A stretch of 64,000 nucleotides of DNA from Phycisphaeraceae bacterium (GCA_963674705.1 OY771506.1:4864001-4928000); one strand, 5' to 3'; numbered from the stretch's first letter, positions 49,392 to 59,993 are shown. Made by a program: numbers and translations. The notes: generated by a model from the sequence alone, not told the origin.

Positions 49392-50485
49392 GGCTGCGAC
49401 CCCTCGTCCGGCGGCTGTGCGAGGATCTGTTCGCCTTGCTCGAGGCCCGAAAGCACTTCAACGCGATCGCCAAGTTTTTCACCCAACCGCACGAAACGCC
49501 GATGCGCTTGCTTGGCTTCGGTGTCGGCGACGTAAACGATCTTGAGTTGCCCGACCTCGCGCACGGCCGACGTGGGGATGGTCAGACGCTGCGCTTCACC
49601 GAGCGGGATGAACAAGCGGCCGAACATACCGCTGTGCACGTTGGGTGGACACGGCCCCCCCACTTTCACTAAGAACGTCCGGCTTGTCGCGGCAGCTTGC
49701 GGGACGATCTCGCGGATGTTGCCGGTGCAGCGCAGGTCGACGGCATCGATCTGCACATCCACCGCGTCGCCGACGGATAGTTTGACGGAAAGCGATTCGG
49801 GGACTTCGGCTTCGAGTTGCAGTTGGCCTTCAAGGGTGAGGATGACCTGGCCCGGCTGGACAAGATCGCCGACCTCGACGTGTTTGTCGATCACTTTGCC
49901 TGACATGGGGCTTTCGACGGTGGCGTAAGCGAGTTGTGTGCGGGCTTCGTTGTCGGCCTGACGCGAGGCTTCGGCATCGGCCTCAGCAACTTCGGCGGCA
50001 CGCACGGCATCATCAAACTCACGCTCGGTCGCGGCGTTGCGCTGGTAGATATCGGTGACACGTTTGAGGTCGCTCTGCGCCTGGCGCAGGCGTGCTTCGA
50101 TGGCAACGAGCTGCGCTTTGGTGCGTGCAGCGCGGGCTTGCAAGGCGGTGTCGTCGAGGCGTGCGAGGATTTGGCCTGCTTCGACAGAGTCGCCGGCCCG
50201 GACGTTCAGTTCGGTGACTTCGGCGGTGAGTTGCGAGGCGACCTGCACCTGCTGGATCGCGCGGACGGTGCCGACGGTCGGCGCGACGCGCTGGTAGGTC
50301 TGAAGTTCGACGCTCGCCAGCGGGCCGTTGATGGGCCAGGCGCGAACCTGTTCGTGCCCGGGCGCGGTCTTGGGGATGAATCCGCCGCTGAGCCAGAACA
50401 CAGCGACGACGATAACGATCAAGACGCCGGCCCAGACGAGAACGGTCTTAAGATGACGACGCCAGAGCGTGTTGCGATCCGCCAA
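49388..50485 (-). CDS. RND periplasmic adaptor (MFP) subunit
   Basis: N-terminal TM, lipoyl halves, coiled-coil hairpin, SGMFGR, VEVLSGL; overlaps the permease start. Confidence 0.93.
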   Translation of the reverse strand: MADRNTLWRRHLKTVLVWAGVLIVIVVAVFWLSGGFIPKTAPGHEQVRAWPINGPLASVELQTYQRVAPTVGTVRAIQQVQVASQLTAEVTELNVRAGDSVEAGQILARLDDTALQARAARTKAQLVAIEARLRQAQSDLKRVTDIYQRNAATEREFDDAVRAAEVAEADAEASRQADNEARTQLAYATVESPMSGKVIDKHVEVGDLVQPGQVILTLEGQLQLEAEVPESLSVKLSVGDAVDVQIDAVDLRCTGNIREIVPQAAATSRTFLVKVGGPCPPNVHSGMFGRLFIPLGEAQRLTIPTSAVREVGQLKIVYVADTEAKQAHRRFVRLGEKLGDRVEVLSGLEQGEQILAQPPDEGSQP

Positions 50486-50574
50486 GTGTCACCTGCCTTT
50501 CGGTTGCTCCCACTAAGATATGTCAGAGCTAATATATCGAAAAGCGCAGGGATGACAGAATATCGCTTATCGGC

Positions 50575-51711
50575 TTACTGATTATTGCGGCGGACGAAGC
50601 TTTTGTCGTCGACGATCTGGATCGGGAGGGTGACCTCGTCGCGTGTGCCGGCATTCTCGTCGAAGATGCGGACCTTCAGGCGGTACTGTCCCAGTGCGAG
50701 CTTGCCGGGCAGTGTAACGAGCTGAACGACGAAGAAGTCCTTGCGCTTGTTCTTGGAGACATCGACGATCTTGACTGGCTCGTGGTTCCAGACCTCGAAG
50801 CCGGAGGATTCGTAGAGTTCCAGTTCCTGTGTGAGGTTGACTTCGTAGCCCTCGCCGTCGCTGGTGGGCGCGGGTTTGAAGTGGTCGAGTTCGACGTAGA
50901 CGATGAGTTTCTGGTCACGACCGGCAGCGAAGGTGTGATCGGTGAACGCCTCATAGACGCCGTAGCCGAGGACTTTTTCGCACAGCTCGATCGAGCGGAT
51001 GGTGATGGGCTGTTCGCCGAAGACTTCGTTCATCGAGCCGGCAAAGGTTTGCTCATCGATCATGCTATCGCCGTTGAGGGCCTGCTCGCGCAGGGCAGAG
51101 ACGGCTTTGTAGTAGCGTTCGACGCGCTGCTGGTCCTTGGGCGAAAGTGCGTGCATGGTGGACCAGTCCAGCTCACCGTGCGGGCCGACGGCGCTGAGTG
51201 TGGCGGCGGTGATGGCCTTGGAAAGGTTGGAGTCGTTGCCGCTTCTGATGGCGTTGATGTACTGGTTGTGCAGTTGGACGAGTGATAGCTGCTGCTGGTT
51301 GGGATTTGTGACCCTCTTGACCATGGGCTTGCCGGCCGGGTCGGAGTTGCTGACGGTTTGGACAGCCGGGTCTGCGGGGTCGTTTTGCGTCTCTTGAGCC
51401 ACCTGATCGGGTGCGGCTTGTTCGGCGGGCTGTTCGGAAGCGACAGGCTCGATGGGGTCCTGGTTTGCCGGTTCGGGGGCGAGATCGCGCCAGATGATTT
51501 CCTGGGGCGGCTGCTGTTCGTGACGGGCATAGGCCGCAGCGACACGCTCAGCCTGCATCTGGGCATCGAGGAGGGCTTGTTCCTGTTCTGCCTGGGCTTG
51601 TGCGGCTGCGGGGTCCAGTGAATCGTCAGTCTTGTTCTGCTGTTCGCAGGCGCTGAACAGGCCACAGCAAACCGTCAAGACACCACAACTAATCAATGAC
51701 GCGTGTCGCAT
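50575..51711 (-). CDS. Hypothetical lipoprotein with C-terminal Ig-like domain
   Basis: LFSAC lipobox; Q/P/A-rich linker; LCEKVLGYGVYE, GQYRLKVRI; AGGAGG RBS. Confidence 0.75.
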   Translation of the reverse strand: MRHASLISCGVLTVCCGLFSACEQQNKTDDSLDPAAAQAQAEQEQALLDAQMQAERVAAAYARHEQQPPQEIIWRDLAPEPANQDPIEPVASEQPAEQAAPDQVAQETQNDPADPAVQTVSNSDPAGKPMVKRVTNPNQQQLSLVQLHNQYINAIRSGNDSNLSKAITAATLSAVGPHGELDWSTMHALSPKDQQRVERYYKAVSALREQALNGDSMIDEQTFAGSMNEVFGEQPITIRSIELCEKVLGYGVYEAFTDHTFAAGRDQKLIVYVELDHFKPAPTSDGEGYEVNLTQELELYESSGFEVWNHEPVKIVDVSKNKRKDFFVVQLVTLPGKLALGQYRLKVRIFDENAGTRDEVTLPIQIVDDKSFVRRNNQ

Positions 51712-51809
51712 TATGCCTCCTGCATGCTTAGCCGACCGGATCGGCTAACGGTTCATCCATGAACCTGACTTGCGATTATTACCCGGAGCACGACGCCGGG
51801 ATGAGCGCA

Positions 51810-52847
51810 TTACTTTATGGTATCGGCCAAACGGATGCAGAAGCATTCGAGATTACGCTGACTTGTACCCAGCCCGGACTTCGAACGCCGATCAGCCTCG
51901 AGCACATCGTCGAACGCCGCAGCCAGCGTCTTGGGGTCCAGCCGACGCAGAACACCCATAAACAGTTGTAAACGCGGGCCCCAGAGCTTGAGTTCCTTGG
52001 CGATGACGCTGTCCGGCGTGCCGGTCTGTTTCATCATCGAAGCGACGTTGAGCTTGCGGACCAGGTCGGCGACGAAGTACATCACCAGCACCTCGGCCTG
52101 GCCGGCAAGGTCGATCAACTCGCGGATCTTGGCAAGCGCCTGCCCTGCCGATCTTGAAGACAGCCCGGTCAGGATGGCTTCCTGAACCTCCCAGGCTTTT
52201 TCATCGCTGCTCTTGCCGACCACCTGCTCGACAAGGCCCTTCACGATCATGTCCTTCGGGCCGACCATCAGCGCGAGCTTGGCCAGTTCCTGATCCAACG
52301 GCATCAGGTCGCAGCCCATGCGTTCGACCAGCAGCGACGCGGCGGCGGGCTCGATGGGTTTGCCGTGCTCGGATTGGCAGCGATTGGTCAGCCAGGCTTT
52401 GGCCTCAGCGGGCTTGAGCGGTTCGCACTTGATGACAGCCCCGACCTTGGCGATCAGCTTGTCGAGGTTGCCCTTGTTCCACGTGTTGCTGCGCAGAACG
52501 AGCGTCGCGTGGTCGACGGGGGATTCGGCGTAGCGCTCCATCGCCTTGCGGTAGGTGTCTTTGTCGTTGATGTCCTTCTTCAAAAACTCATCGGCGTTGT
52601 CGACGAGGACGATCTTGTGGTGCTGCATCAGGGCGTAGCTGCGCAGCTCGTCGAGGACGTCAGCGAGGGTGGCGGAGTTGCCATCGAAGCTGAAGGTTTC
52701 GGTTTCGCCGTGGGCTTCGTCGAGGGCTTTACGGAGGTCCTGGAGGTATCGGGATTTAAGCCAATGCTCAGGCCCGTGCAGAACGCAGATGCGCGTATCG
52801 GGGCCGAGGGCTGGGGCGGCTGATTTGGACGGGGCGCGTTTGGCCAT
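51810..52847 (-). CDS. holA: DNA polymerase III delta subunit
   Basis: VLHGPE, DVLDEL, QELAKL, ADRRSKSG; length and architecture fit HolA. Confidence 0.8.
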   Translation of the reverse strand: MAKRAPSKSAAPALGPDTRICVLHGPEHWLKSRYLQDLRKALDEAHGETETFSFDGNSATLADVLDELRSYALMQHHKIVLVDNADEFLKKDINDKDTYRKAMERYAESPVDHATLVLRSNTWNKGNLDKLIAKVGAVIKCEPLKPAEAKAWLTNRCQSEHGKPIEPAAASLLVERMGCDLMPLDQELAKLALMVGPKDMIVKGLVEQVVGKSSDEKAWEVQEAILTGLSSRSAGQALAKIRELIDLAGQAEVLVMYFVADLVRKLNVASMMKQTGTPDSVIAKELKLWGPRLQLFMGVLRRLDPKTLAAAFDDVLEADRRSKSGLGTSQRNLECFCIRLADTIK

Positions 52848-52959
52848 GGGGGCATGATAACATGATTAAGGGTGATATCCGGTCGGTTAATCATCCGCTT
52901 GGGTTAATTGCCAGCTTGATACAATTGCACGGGTTATAACACGTTTTGCCTGGAAAAAG

Positions 52960-53409
52960 ATGCAAGATCGCTTTAAGGATTTTGAAACTGGAATTTGGGA
53001 CTTTGAAAGTCGGGTTCTGATCCGATGCCCGAAGTGTGATCAATGCGCCATAGCTGAGGCGATGGACGTGAATAAGATGCGATACACCTGCGGTGCATGC
53101 GGTATGGCTCAAGAGGTACCTCCGGGCAAGTGGGTTTACACCAAGAATGCACAAGGAGGAGCTAATGTATCACTCTGGCTGGAAACCAAGTGTTGTGGGC
53201 ACCTGCTTTGGGCATACAACCGTGAACACCTTGAATTTCTGGAAGCTTACGTCTCAGCGCTACTAAGAGAGCAACGACCCTCACCCGATGGACGATGGCA
53301 TAATGCCGCCCTGGCTAGCCGTCTGCCGAAATGGATGTCATCTGCTAAGAACCGTGAAGATGTGTTGAAAGGCATCGAACGGTTAAAAGAACGATTACCC
53401 GAGATTTAG
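52960..53409 (+). CDS. Hypothetical Zn-ribbon protein
   Basis: CPKC..CGAC, CCGHLLWAYNREHL, SRLPKWM; lower GC than its neighbours. Confidence 0.75.
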   Translation: MQDRFKDFETGIWDFESRVLIRCPKCDQCAIAEAMDVNKMRYTCGACGMAQEVPPGKWVYTKNAQGGANVSLWLETKCCGHLLWAYNREHLEFLEAYVSALLREQRPSPDGRWHNAALASRLPKWMSSAKNREDVLKGIERLKERLPEI

Positions 53410-53412
53410 CCA

Positions 53413-54813
53413 TCAGGCTGATATCGTGATCTTCGAGAGCAGCAAGGTGGCAAAGAGGAGTACGACGAAGAAGCTGACGAGGTCGACGACGGTGGTGACG
53501 ACGGGGCCGGAGGCCATGGCGGGGTCGAGGCCGACGGATCGGAGGGCAAGCGGGACGGTTCCGCCGACTGATTTGGCGATGAGGATGACGATGGGGATCG
53601 CGCCGCCGATGACCAGGCCGAAGTAGAAGTTGCCTTCCCAGAACCATGCGATGAGGAATAACAGCAATCCGAGCACGATCCCGGCGAGGATCGCGAGGGT
53701 GGCTTCCTTGAAGAGTACGCGCATGTAGTCGCTGGGCATGATCAGACCGAGCGAGACTTCACGCAGGGACACGCCGACCGACTGGTTGCCACCGCTTCCG
53801 CAGAGCCCGGCGACAATTGGCAGGAACATCGCCAGGACCGGCAGCTTGTCGACTGTGTCGATGAACAGGTGGATCACGCTGGCCGAACCGAGCATCAGCA
53901 GCATGATGGGCACGAGGTACGCCAGTCGACGCAGAAGCCGGGACATCAGCGGCATCGATCGGAACTCTTCGCCGGCGACGATACCCGCGACCTTGAGCAG
54001 GTCTTCGTTAGCCGAATCGCTGAGGGCTTCCTGCACGGCCGCACGTTGAACAACACCCATCAGGCAGTTATTACTGTCCACAACGGGGACGGCGGAGAAG
54101 TCGACACGGTCGAAGAGGTCTTCGAGGTCTTCCAGTTCGGTATCGACCGAGACGCTGAGTGGATTGCTGATGGTCAGGTCGATGAGCTTTCGGCCGGGCG
54201 GCGCCATGACGAGGCTGCGCATGGTCAGGACGCCCTTGAAAATGCCTTTACGATCGGTCAGGTAGGCATAGCGAACTTCGTATTCGTTGTATTCCTGGAC
54301 GTGCTTGCGGAGGTCGGTGATGACGTCGTCGACGTCCTGGTCATCGCGGTAGACGAGGTATTCGGTGATCATCAGACCGCCGGCGGTTTCCTCGTCGTAC
54401 TGCATACGCTGACGGGCGTCGGCGGCTTCCTCCGGATTCATCTGATCGAGGATGGCTTCGGCGTCATCGATGTGAAGCTCGGCGAGGATGTCCGTCTGCT
54501 CGTCCGAGTCCATCTCGTCGACAATGGCGGCGGCGGCCACGGGCTCGAGCTGCTCGATCATGTCGGCCGCATGCTCGTCCGTGAAGTGCTCCATCAGGTC
54601 GGCGGCGAGATCGGGGTCCGACTCGGAGAGCATCGATAGCATCCGCGTGCGGTGGTCGTCGCCAAGGCTGCTGATGGTGTAGGTCGTGTCTTCCGGCGGG
54701 AGCAGGCGCAGGAACGCCGCGAGATGCCTGGCATTGCCCGACTCGATGATCTCGGTGAGCTGCTGGGTCGGATCAACCTGGATGTTCGGATCGTCTGACA
54801 TTAGCGGCTCCAT
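53413..54813 (-). CDS. mgtE: Magnesium transporter
   Basis: Acidic N-domain, TAGGLM, CBS pair, GSGGNQ, DPAMASGPVVTTVVD. Confidence 0.95.
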   Translation of the reverse strand: MEPLMSDDPNIQVDPTQQLTEIIESGNARHLAAFLRLLPPEDTTYTISSLGDDHRTRMLSMLSESDPDLAADLMEHFTDEHAADMIEQLEPVAAAAIVDEMDSDEQTDILAELHIDDAEAILDQMNPEEAADARQRMQYDEETAGGLMITEYLVYRDDQDVDDVITDLRKHVQEYNEYEVRYAYLTDRKGIFKGVLTMRSLVMAPPGRKLIDLTISNPLSVSVDTELEDLEDLFDRVDFSAVPVVDSNNCLMGVVQRAAVQEALSDSANEDLLKVAGIVAGEEFRSMPLMSRLLRRLAYLVPIMLLMLGSASVIHLFIDTVDKLPVLAMFLPIVAGLCGSGGNQSVGVSLREVSLGLIMPSDYMRVLFKEATLAILAGIVLGLLLFLIAWFWEGNFYFGLVIGGAIPIVILIAKSVGGTVPLALRSVGLDPAMASGPVVTTVVDLVSFFVVLLFATLLLSKITISA

Positions 54814-54849
54814 ACGGATCGTATGCGTAACGATAACCGATCAGGCTGA

Positions 54850-55626
54850 TTAACCGAAGTGCTCGGCCCAACGAGGCAGTTGCCTGGTATCCGTGACGTC
54901 GTGCTCAAGCGGCGTGATGGTGATGTAACCGTCGAAGATCGCCTCGACGTCGGTATTGGGTTCGCGATGCTTAAACGTCATTGAGTTACAGATCTGGTAG
55001 TTGAACGATCCATCGTCGGCGGGCGTGACCTCGTATTGATCAATCAGGCAACTGGTGGAGATCTTCGCGACCTTGATGCCCTTGGGTTCGTCGCCGTCGT
55101 CGAGCAAGGGGATGTTGATGTTGACGACGGAGTGCGGTGTCATCGGACCTTTCAAGGCTTTTCTAATCGCGTCCGCGGCGTAACGGGACGTCTGGTCCCA
55201 GGGGATATTGTTCCAGTCGCGGACGTGCTGGCTGATAGCGATGGCGGGCAGGCCCATGAAGGCGGCCTCGCGTGCTGCGCCGACCGTGCCGGAGTAGAGG
55301 ACGTTGATGCCGATGTTGGCCCCTGCGTTGATGCCGGAGATAACCAGGTCGATCGGGGGCGGCACGAGGTGTGCGATCGCGATCTTGACGCAGTCGGCCG
55401 GGCGTGCGTCGACGCTGGTGCCGTTGAAGTCTTCGAAGCCCTCACCGCCCGGGCCGGGGTGCTTATTGACCCGGATCGCCCGGTGGAAGGTCACGGAATG
55501 GCTGGTCGCCGACTGCACTTTTTCGGGGGCGACGACATAGACCTCGCCGAGGTCCTTGACCGCCAGGTAAAGCGCGTGCAGCCCCGGCGCGTCGATGCCG
55601 TCATCATTGGTCAGAAGGATACGCAT
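54850..55626 (-). CDS. surE: 5'/3'-nucleotidase
   Basis: ILLTNDDG, SGINAGAN, YSGTVGAA, ITITPL. Confidence 0.96.
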   Translation of the reverse strand: MRILLTNDDGIDAPGLHALYLAVKDLGEVYVVAPEKVQSATSHSVTFHRAIRVNKHPGPGGEGFEDFNGTSVDARPADCVKIAIAHLVPPPIDLVISGINAGANIGINVLYSGTVGAAREAAFMGLPAIAISQHVRDWNNIPWDQTSRYAADAIRKALKGPMTPHSVVNINIPLLDDGDEPKGIKVAKISTSCLIDQYEVTPADDGSFNYQICNSMTFKHREPNTDVEAIFDGYITITPLEHDVTDTRQLPRWAEHFG

Positions 55627-55680
55627 GGGGAGATTGTACTGTGAGAGGGTTCAGGGTGTAGGGTTAAGAAGAGGAAGCGA

Positions 55681-55764
55681 TAGCCACAAAAAGGCACAAA
55701 AGACACAAAAGGGTAAGACCATGATGATCCAAAATTAAGTGTGTTTTGTGCCTTTTCGTAGCTA
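55681..55764. repeat. Inverted decamer-array hairpin (CACAAAA variant)
   Basis: TAGCCACAAAAAGGCACAAAAGACACAAAA...TTTTGTGCCTTTTCGTAGCTA. Confidence 0.8.
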
Positions 55765-56805
55765 GAGCATCTTCCACGCCACTGTAGCGCCCTTGTACAC
55801 AAGTGATTATGCTGTGCCTTCAAGCAAGGAGGCTTTGATGAAGGCATATTCAATGGATCTGCGGAAGCGGGTGTTGGCGGCGTGTGATGCCGGGCACGGC
55901 ACGCGTGAGGTGGCCAAGCGGTTCTCGGTCAGCGCCTCGTGGGTGCGTCGGCTCAAGCAACGGCGTCGTGAAGGCGAGGGGATCTCGCCGCGGCCTCAGG
56001 GCGGCGACTACGTCAGCCGGTTCACCGGCGAAGACCTGCAGCGTGTACATGCGATGCTCAAGCAGAAGCCGGACACGACGCTGGATGCGTTGCGTGTGCG
56101 TTGTGAGCGTGAGCTGGGCATCCGTTGCGGGCTGGGCACGATGTGGCGGACGGTGCGTTGGAAGCTGGGGTGGACGTTTAAAAAAAGTCATTACGGCCCA
56201 GCGAGCAGGACCGCGCGGATGTGAAGCAGCAGCGTGTGAACTTCCGCATCGCCACACGGTTCATCGAGCCTAAGCAGCTTGTTTTCCTGGATGAATCGGG
56301 CGCGAGGACGAACATGACCCGCCTGCGGGGCTGGGCCGGACGCGGTTGCCGGCTGGACGCCGCGGCGCCGCACAGCCACTGGCGTACGACGACGATGCTC
56401 AGCGCGATCGGTTGTGAGGGTGTGATCCAACGGGCGACGCTGGCCTTCGACGGCGCGACGGATGCGGCGCTGTTCCGAGGCTACGTCGAGCGTTGCCTGG
56501 CCCCGGCGCTGAAGCAAGGCCAGATCGTGGTGATGGATAACCTGGCGTCGCATAAGGTGCGCGGGGTGCGTGAAGCGATCGAAGCGGCGGGCTGTGACCT
56601 GTGGTACTTACCGCCGTACTCACCGGACTTCAACCCGATCGAGAAGATGTGGAGCAAGGTCAAAGCCCTGCTGCGTGCCGCCGCCGCACGGACCCACGAC
56701 AAACTGATTGAGGCGATCGGTCGGGCGTTGCGTGCGGTATCCCTGGACGAGTGCCGCAACTACTTCCGCAGCTGCGGGTATGCTACATGAGATTGGAAGA
56801 CGCTC
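55765..56805 (+). mobile_element. IS630-family insertion sequence, apparently intact
   Basis: Terminal IRs GAGCATCTTCCA..GTAGC / GCTAC..TGGAAGACGCTC; TA duplicated at 55763-64 and 56806-07. Confidence 0.93.
55838..56790 (+). CDS. IS630 transposase, orfA+orfB joined by a -1 shift at TTTAAAAAAAG (56177-56187)
   Basis: MKAYSMDLRKRV HTH; -1 frame continues KKSLRPSEQDR..VFLDESG, VMDNLASHK, YLPPYSPDFNPIE. Confidence 0.92.
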
Positions 56806-56834
56806 TAATTGTATAGATCGGAGTTTGTATATCG

Positions 56835-56865
56835 AAAAAGACCGACCCGTAATTGGGTCGGCCTT
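56835..56865 (-). terminator. Terminator of the alpha operon
   Basis: AAAAAGACCGACCC-GTAATT-GGGTCGGCCTTT, T-run on the minus strand. Confidence 0.75.
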
Positions 56866-56895
56866 TGTTTATGGTTGCACACGTTTGGTGTGTGA

Positions 56896-57516
56896 TTATT
56901 CGGCTTTTTCTTCTTCGGTGGTTTCGGGTTCGGCGGCCGCTTCGGGTTCGGCTGGGGGTTCTTCTTCGGCGATGGCGGTGGCGGCAGTGCCGGCGGCCTT
57001 ACGCTTCGCAGCGGCGAATTCCATACGCTTGTTGGCCTTGTCGCGGCGGCGCGAGTACTGGCCGGAGACCTGCGGGCCGCTGTCTTCTTCACTCACCAGT
57101 TGCAGGACGCAGAGCGAGGCTCCGTCGCCGATGCGGTGCTTGGCGAGTTTGATGATGCGCGTGTAACCGCCGGTGCGGTCGGCGTACTTGGGCGCGATCT
57201 CATCGAAGAGGACCTTGACGACCTTGGGCCCGCCGACGACTTCGCCGTAGCTGTTGCGCTCGATGGCGTCGTCGTTGTCGCCCTTGATCATGATCGGATC
57301 GGCGCCGAGCATCTTGATGACCTGACGCCGGGAGGCGAGGTCACCCTTCTTGGCGGCGGTGATGATCTTCTCGACGAAGGGCTTGAGGCTCTTGGCCTTG
57401 GGCAGTGTCGTGGTGATCTGGCCGTGGGTGAACAGGGAGATCGCCATGTTGCGCCACATAGCGATACGGTGGTTGGTATGACGGCCGAGTTTGCGGCCTG
57501 TGACGCGGTGTCTCAT
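56896..57516 (-). CDS. rplQ: 50S ribosomal protein L17, extended
   Basis: MRHRVTGRKLGR, ITTTLPKAK, GGYTRIIK. Confidence 0.97.
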   Translation of the reverse strand: MRHRVTGRKLGRHTNHRIAMWRNMAISLFTHGQITTTLPKAKSLKPFVEKIITAAKKGDLASRRQVIKMLGADPIMIKGDNDDAIERNSYGEVVGGPKVVKVLFDEIAPKYADRTGGYTRIIKLAKHRIGDGASLCVLQLVSEEDSGPQVSGQYSRRRDKANKRMEFAAAKRKAAGTAATAIAEEEPPAEPEAAAEPETTEEEKAE

Positions 57517-57666
57517 CTGAGAACTCCTTTCCTGACGGGCCGAGCGGGTGAGACGCCGTCGGCCGAGCCACTCCCGCTATAGACAAAAGCGGGGCAATTT
57601 GACCCTGACACAGGGCCGGGGCATGTGGGCCCCTGGTCACGGATGGTGACCTGTTTCGCCGTAAAC

Positions 57667-58674
57667 TTAGACGGCGGAGGAATCGGCCTGAAGCTCGGCG
57701 GGCAGGTCCATGCCCAGGCTCAGGCCCATGTCGGTGAGCTTACGCTTGACTTCACGCAGCGAAGTCTTGCCGAAGCTGCGGACCTTGAGCAGGTCGGCTT
57801 CGGTGCGGACGACGAGTTCGGCGACGGTTTCGATGTTCGCCGCTTCCAGGCAGTTGCTGGCGCGGACGGACAGGTCCAGTTCGCTGACGTTCATCTGGAA
57901 CTTGCGGATCTGCTCTTCGTCGACGCGTGCGGCGGCTGCGGCGGATTCGCTGGCGGTCGCTTCACCCAGCTCGAAGTACTGCACGAACGGGTTGAGGTGC
58001 TTACGCAGGATCTTCGCGGCTTCGACAAGCGCCATCTCGGGCGTGACCGTGCCGTTGGTCCAGATCTCGAGGGTCAGTTTGTCGAAGTTGGTCTTCTGAC
58101 CGACACGGGTGTCTTCGGTCTTGTAGCGGACACGGGTGACGGGGGAGAAGATGGCGTCGACGGGGATGACGCCGATTTCCTGCTCGCCGCCGGCTTCGTA
58201 GTACTCGCTGGCGGGGACGTAGCCACGGCCCTTCTCGACGCGGAACTCGATGTCGAAGTCGATCTGCTTCGTGAGGGTCGCGAGGATGAGGTCCTTGGTG
58301 TGGATGGTGATGGAGGTGTCGGCCTCGATCAGGTCGCAGGTGACTTCACCGGGGCCTTCGGCCTGGATGCGCATCGTCTTGGGCTCTTCGGAATCGAGCG
58401 AGACGACGATGTCCTTGATGTTCAGGAGGATGTCGGTGGCGTCTTCCTGTACACCTTCGAGGCTGGTGAATTCGTGCTGTGCGCCCTTGATCTTGACGGC
58501 GGTGACGGCGGCACCTTCGAGGCTGGACAGGAGGATACGGCGGAGGCTATTGCCGACGGTCGTACCGAATCCGCGTTCGAAGGGTTCGACGGTGAATTTG
58601 CCGTAGGTGGGTGTGTTCGCCGGGTCGGCGATGACACGATGAGGCAGTTCCAAACCACGCCATCTGATTCGCAT
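57667..58674 (-). CDS. rpoA: RNA polymerase alpha subunit
   Basis: EPFERGFGTTVGNSLRRILLSS, LSVRASNCL, FGKTSL. Confidence 0.98.
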   Translation of the reverse strand: MRIRWRGLELPHRVIADPANTPTYGKFTVEPFERGFGTTVGNSLRRILLSSLEGAAVTAVKIKGAQHEFTSLEGVQEDATDILLNIKDIVVSLDSEEPKTMRIQAEGPGEVTCDLIEADTSITIHTKDLILATLTKQIDFDIEFRVEKGRGYVPASEYYEAGGEQEIGVIPVDAIFSPVTRVRYKTEDTRVGQKTNFDKLTLEIWTNGTVTPEMALVEAAKILRKHLNPFVQYFELGEATASESAAAAARVDEEQIRKFQMNVSELDLSVRASNCLEAANIETVAELVVRTEADLLKVRSFGKTSLREVKRKLTDMGLSLGMDLPAELQADSSAV

Positions 58675-58874
58675 GATAATCTCCGATTCTTCCAGCAGCC
58701 CTTGTTGGGAAGCAGACGCCTGTGGCTTATCGCGGGTCCGACCGCTGCTGGACGGCTGGGCGCTTCTGTGCCGGTGGCGTTTTTGATTGGGTACTAATTA
58801 TTAAGCTGAGGGAACCGGTCGGTAAACCGACCTCAGCCTTGAAGTCACGATTCGCAAAGCGTATCGAAGGTGTA

Positions 58875-59252
58875 TTAGACGCGGCGGCGCTTACGGGGGC
58901 GGCAGCCGTTGTGCGGGATCGGAGTGTGATCTTCGACAGCGGTGATCTTGATGCCGTTGGCCTGCAGGCCGGTGATGGCGGACTCACGGCCGGAGCCTGC
59001 GCCGCGGATGCGTACTTCGACTTCCTGAACACCGAACTTCTTGGCGGCGTTGGCGGCCTCTTCGGCGGCGCGTGTTGCGGCGAAGGGGGTGCTCTTACGC
59101 GAACCCTTGAAGCCGGAGCTGCCGGCCGAGGCCTGGCAGAGGGTTTCGCCGTTGACGTCGGTGATGGTGATCAGGGTGTTGTTGAAGGTCGCCTTGATGT
59201 GGGCGATGCCCCGAGCGACGTTCTTGCGGATCTTTTTGGTCTTCTTGGCCAT
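58875..59252 (-). CDS. rpsK: 30S ribosomal protein S11
   Basis: [28 protein letters not shown]. Confidence 0.98.
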   Translation of the reverse strand: MAKKTKKIRKNVARGIAHIKATFNNTLITITDVNGETLCQASAGSSGFKGSRKSTPFAATRAAEEAANAAKKFGVQEVEVRIRGAGSGRESAITGLQANGIKITAVEDHTPIPHNGCRPRKRRRV

Positions 59253-59371
59253 GTGTATTCCTCGAAGTTCGTGGCGTTGCCGGCTTTCCCGAACCGTTCG
59301 GGCGGGCAACTGGCTTCGGATATTGAATTCGCGTCGATGTTGGATCGACTGTGAAACGGTTGTGTTGGTAG

Positions 59372-59396
59372 CGCCGAGCAAGCTCGGCGGCTAAAC
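59372..59396. repeat. 25-bp palindromic repeat flanking rpsM (second copy 59819-59843)
   Basis: C(G/A)CCGAGC-AA-GCTCGG(C/T)GGCTAAAC with a compensatory change. Confidence 0.85.
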
Positions 59397-59408
59397 AGGG
59401 ACGAAGTG

Positions 59409-59792
59409 TTACTTCATCCCTTTGACGGACTTCTTGCCGGCGACGGTGCGCTTGCGGCCCTTACGGGTGCGGGCGTTGGTCTGTGTGCGTTGGCCACGCA
59501 CAGGCAGGCCGCGGCGGTGGCGGTCGCCGCGGTAGGAGCGGATGTCACGCAGACGCGTGATGTTCTGCGAGATCTGACGACGCAGGGCGCCTTCGACGAC
59601 CAGGCTGTTCTCGATGATGCCACCGATCTGGGCCAGTTGGTCTTCGGTCAGGGTGTTGGCGCGGGTCTGGCCGTCGATGCCGGCTTCCTTGACGATATCT
59701 TCGGCGATCTTCGGGCCGATGCCGTAGATGTAGCGCAGTGCAATCCGGATCGGTTTGTTGTCCGGGATGTCGACACCTGATAAACGGGGCAT
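59409..59792 (-). CDS. rpsM: 30S ribosomal protein S13
   Basis: IYGIG, YRGDRHRRGLPVRGQRT. Confidence 0.98.
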   Translation of the reverse strand: MPRLSGVDIPDNKPIRIALRYIYGIGPKIAEDIVKEAGIDGQTRANTLTEDQLAQIGGIIENSLVVEGALRRQISQNITRLRDIRSYRGDRHRRGLPVRGQRTQTNARTRKGRKRTVAGKKSVKGMK

Positions 59793-59856
59793 GTTTCGTT
59801 TCCTTATTACTCAATAAACACCGAGCAAGCTCGGTGGCTAAACGGGCGTAGGGATA

Positions 59857-59970
59857 TCAGCCCTGCCGTTGCTTGTGCTTGGGGTTGGTGCAGATCACGC
59901 GGACGACGCCTTTGCGACGGATGACCTTGCAGTTTTCACAGATACGTTTGACGCTTGAGCGTACTTTCAT
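59857..59970 (-). CDS. rpmJ: 50S ribosomal protein L36 (not in the ORF track)
   Basis: Manual translation [37 protein letters not shown]. Confidence 0.97.
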   Translation of the reverse strand: MKVRSSVKRICENCKVIRRKGVVRVICTNPKHKQRQG

Positions 59971-59993
59971 GGTATTGCCTCCAGTCCGTGCAA

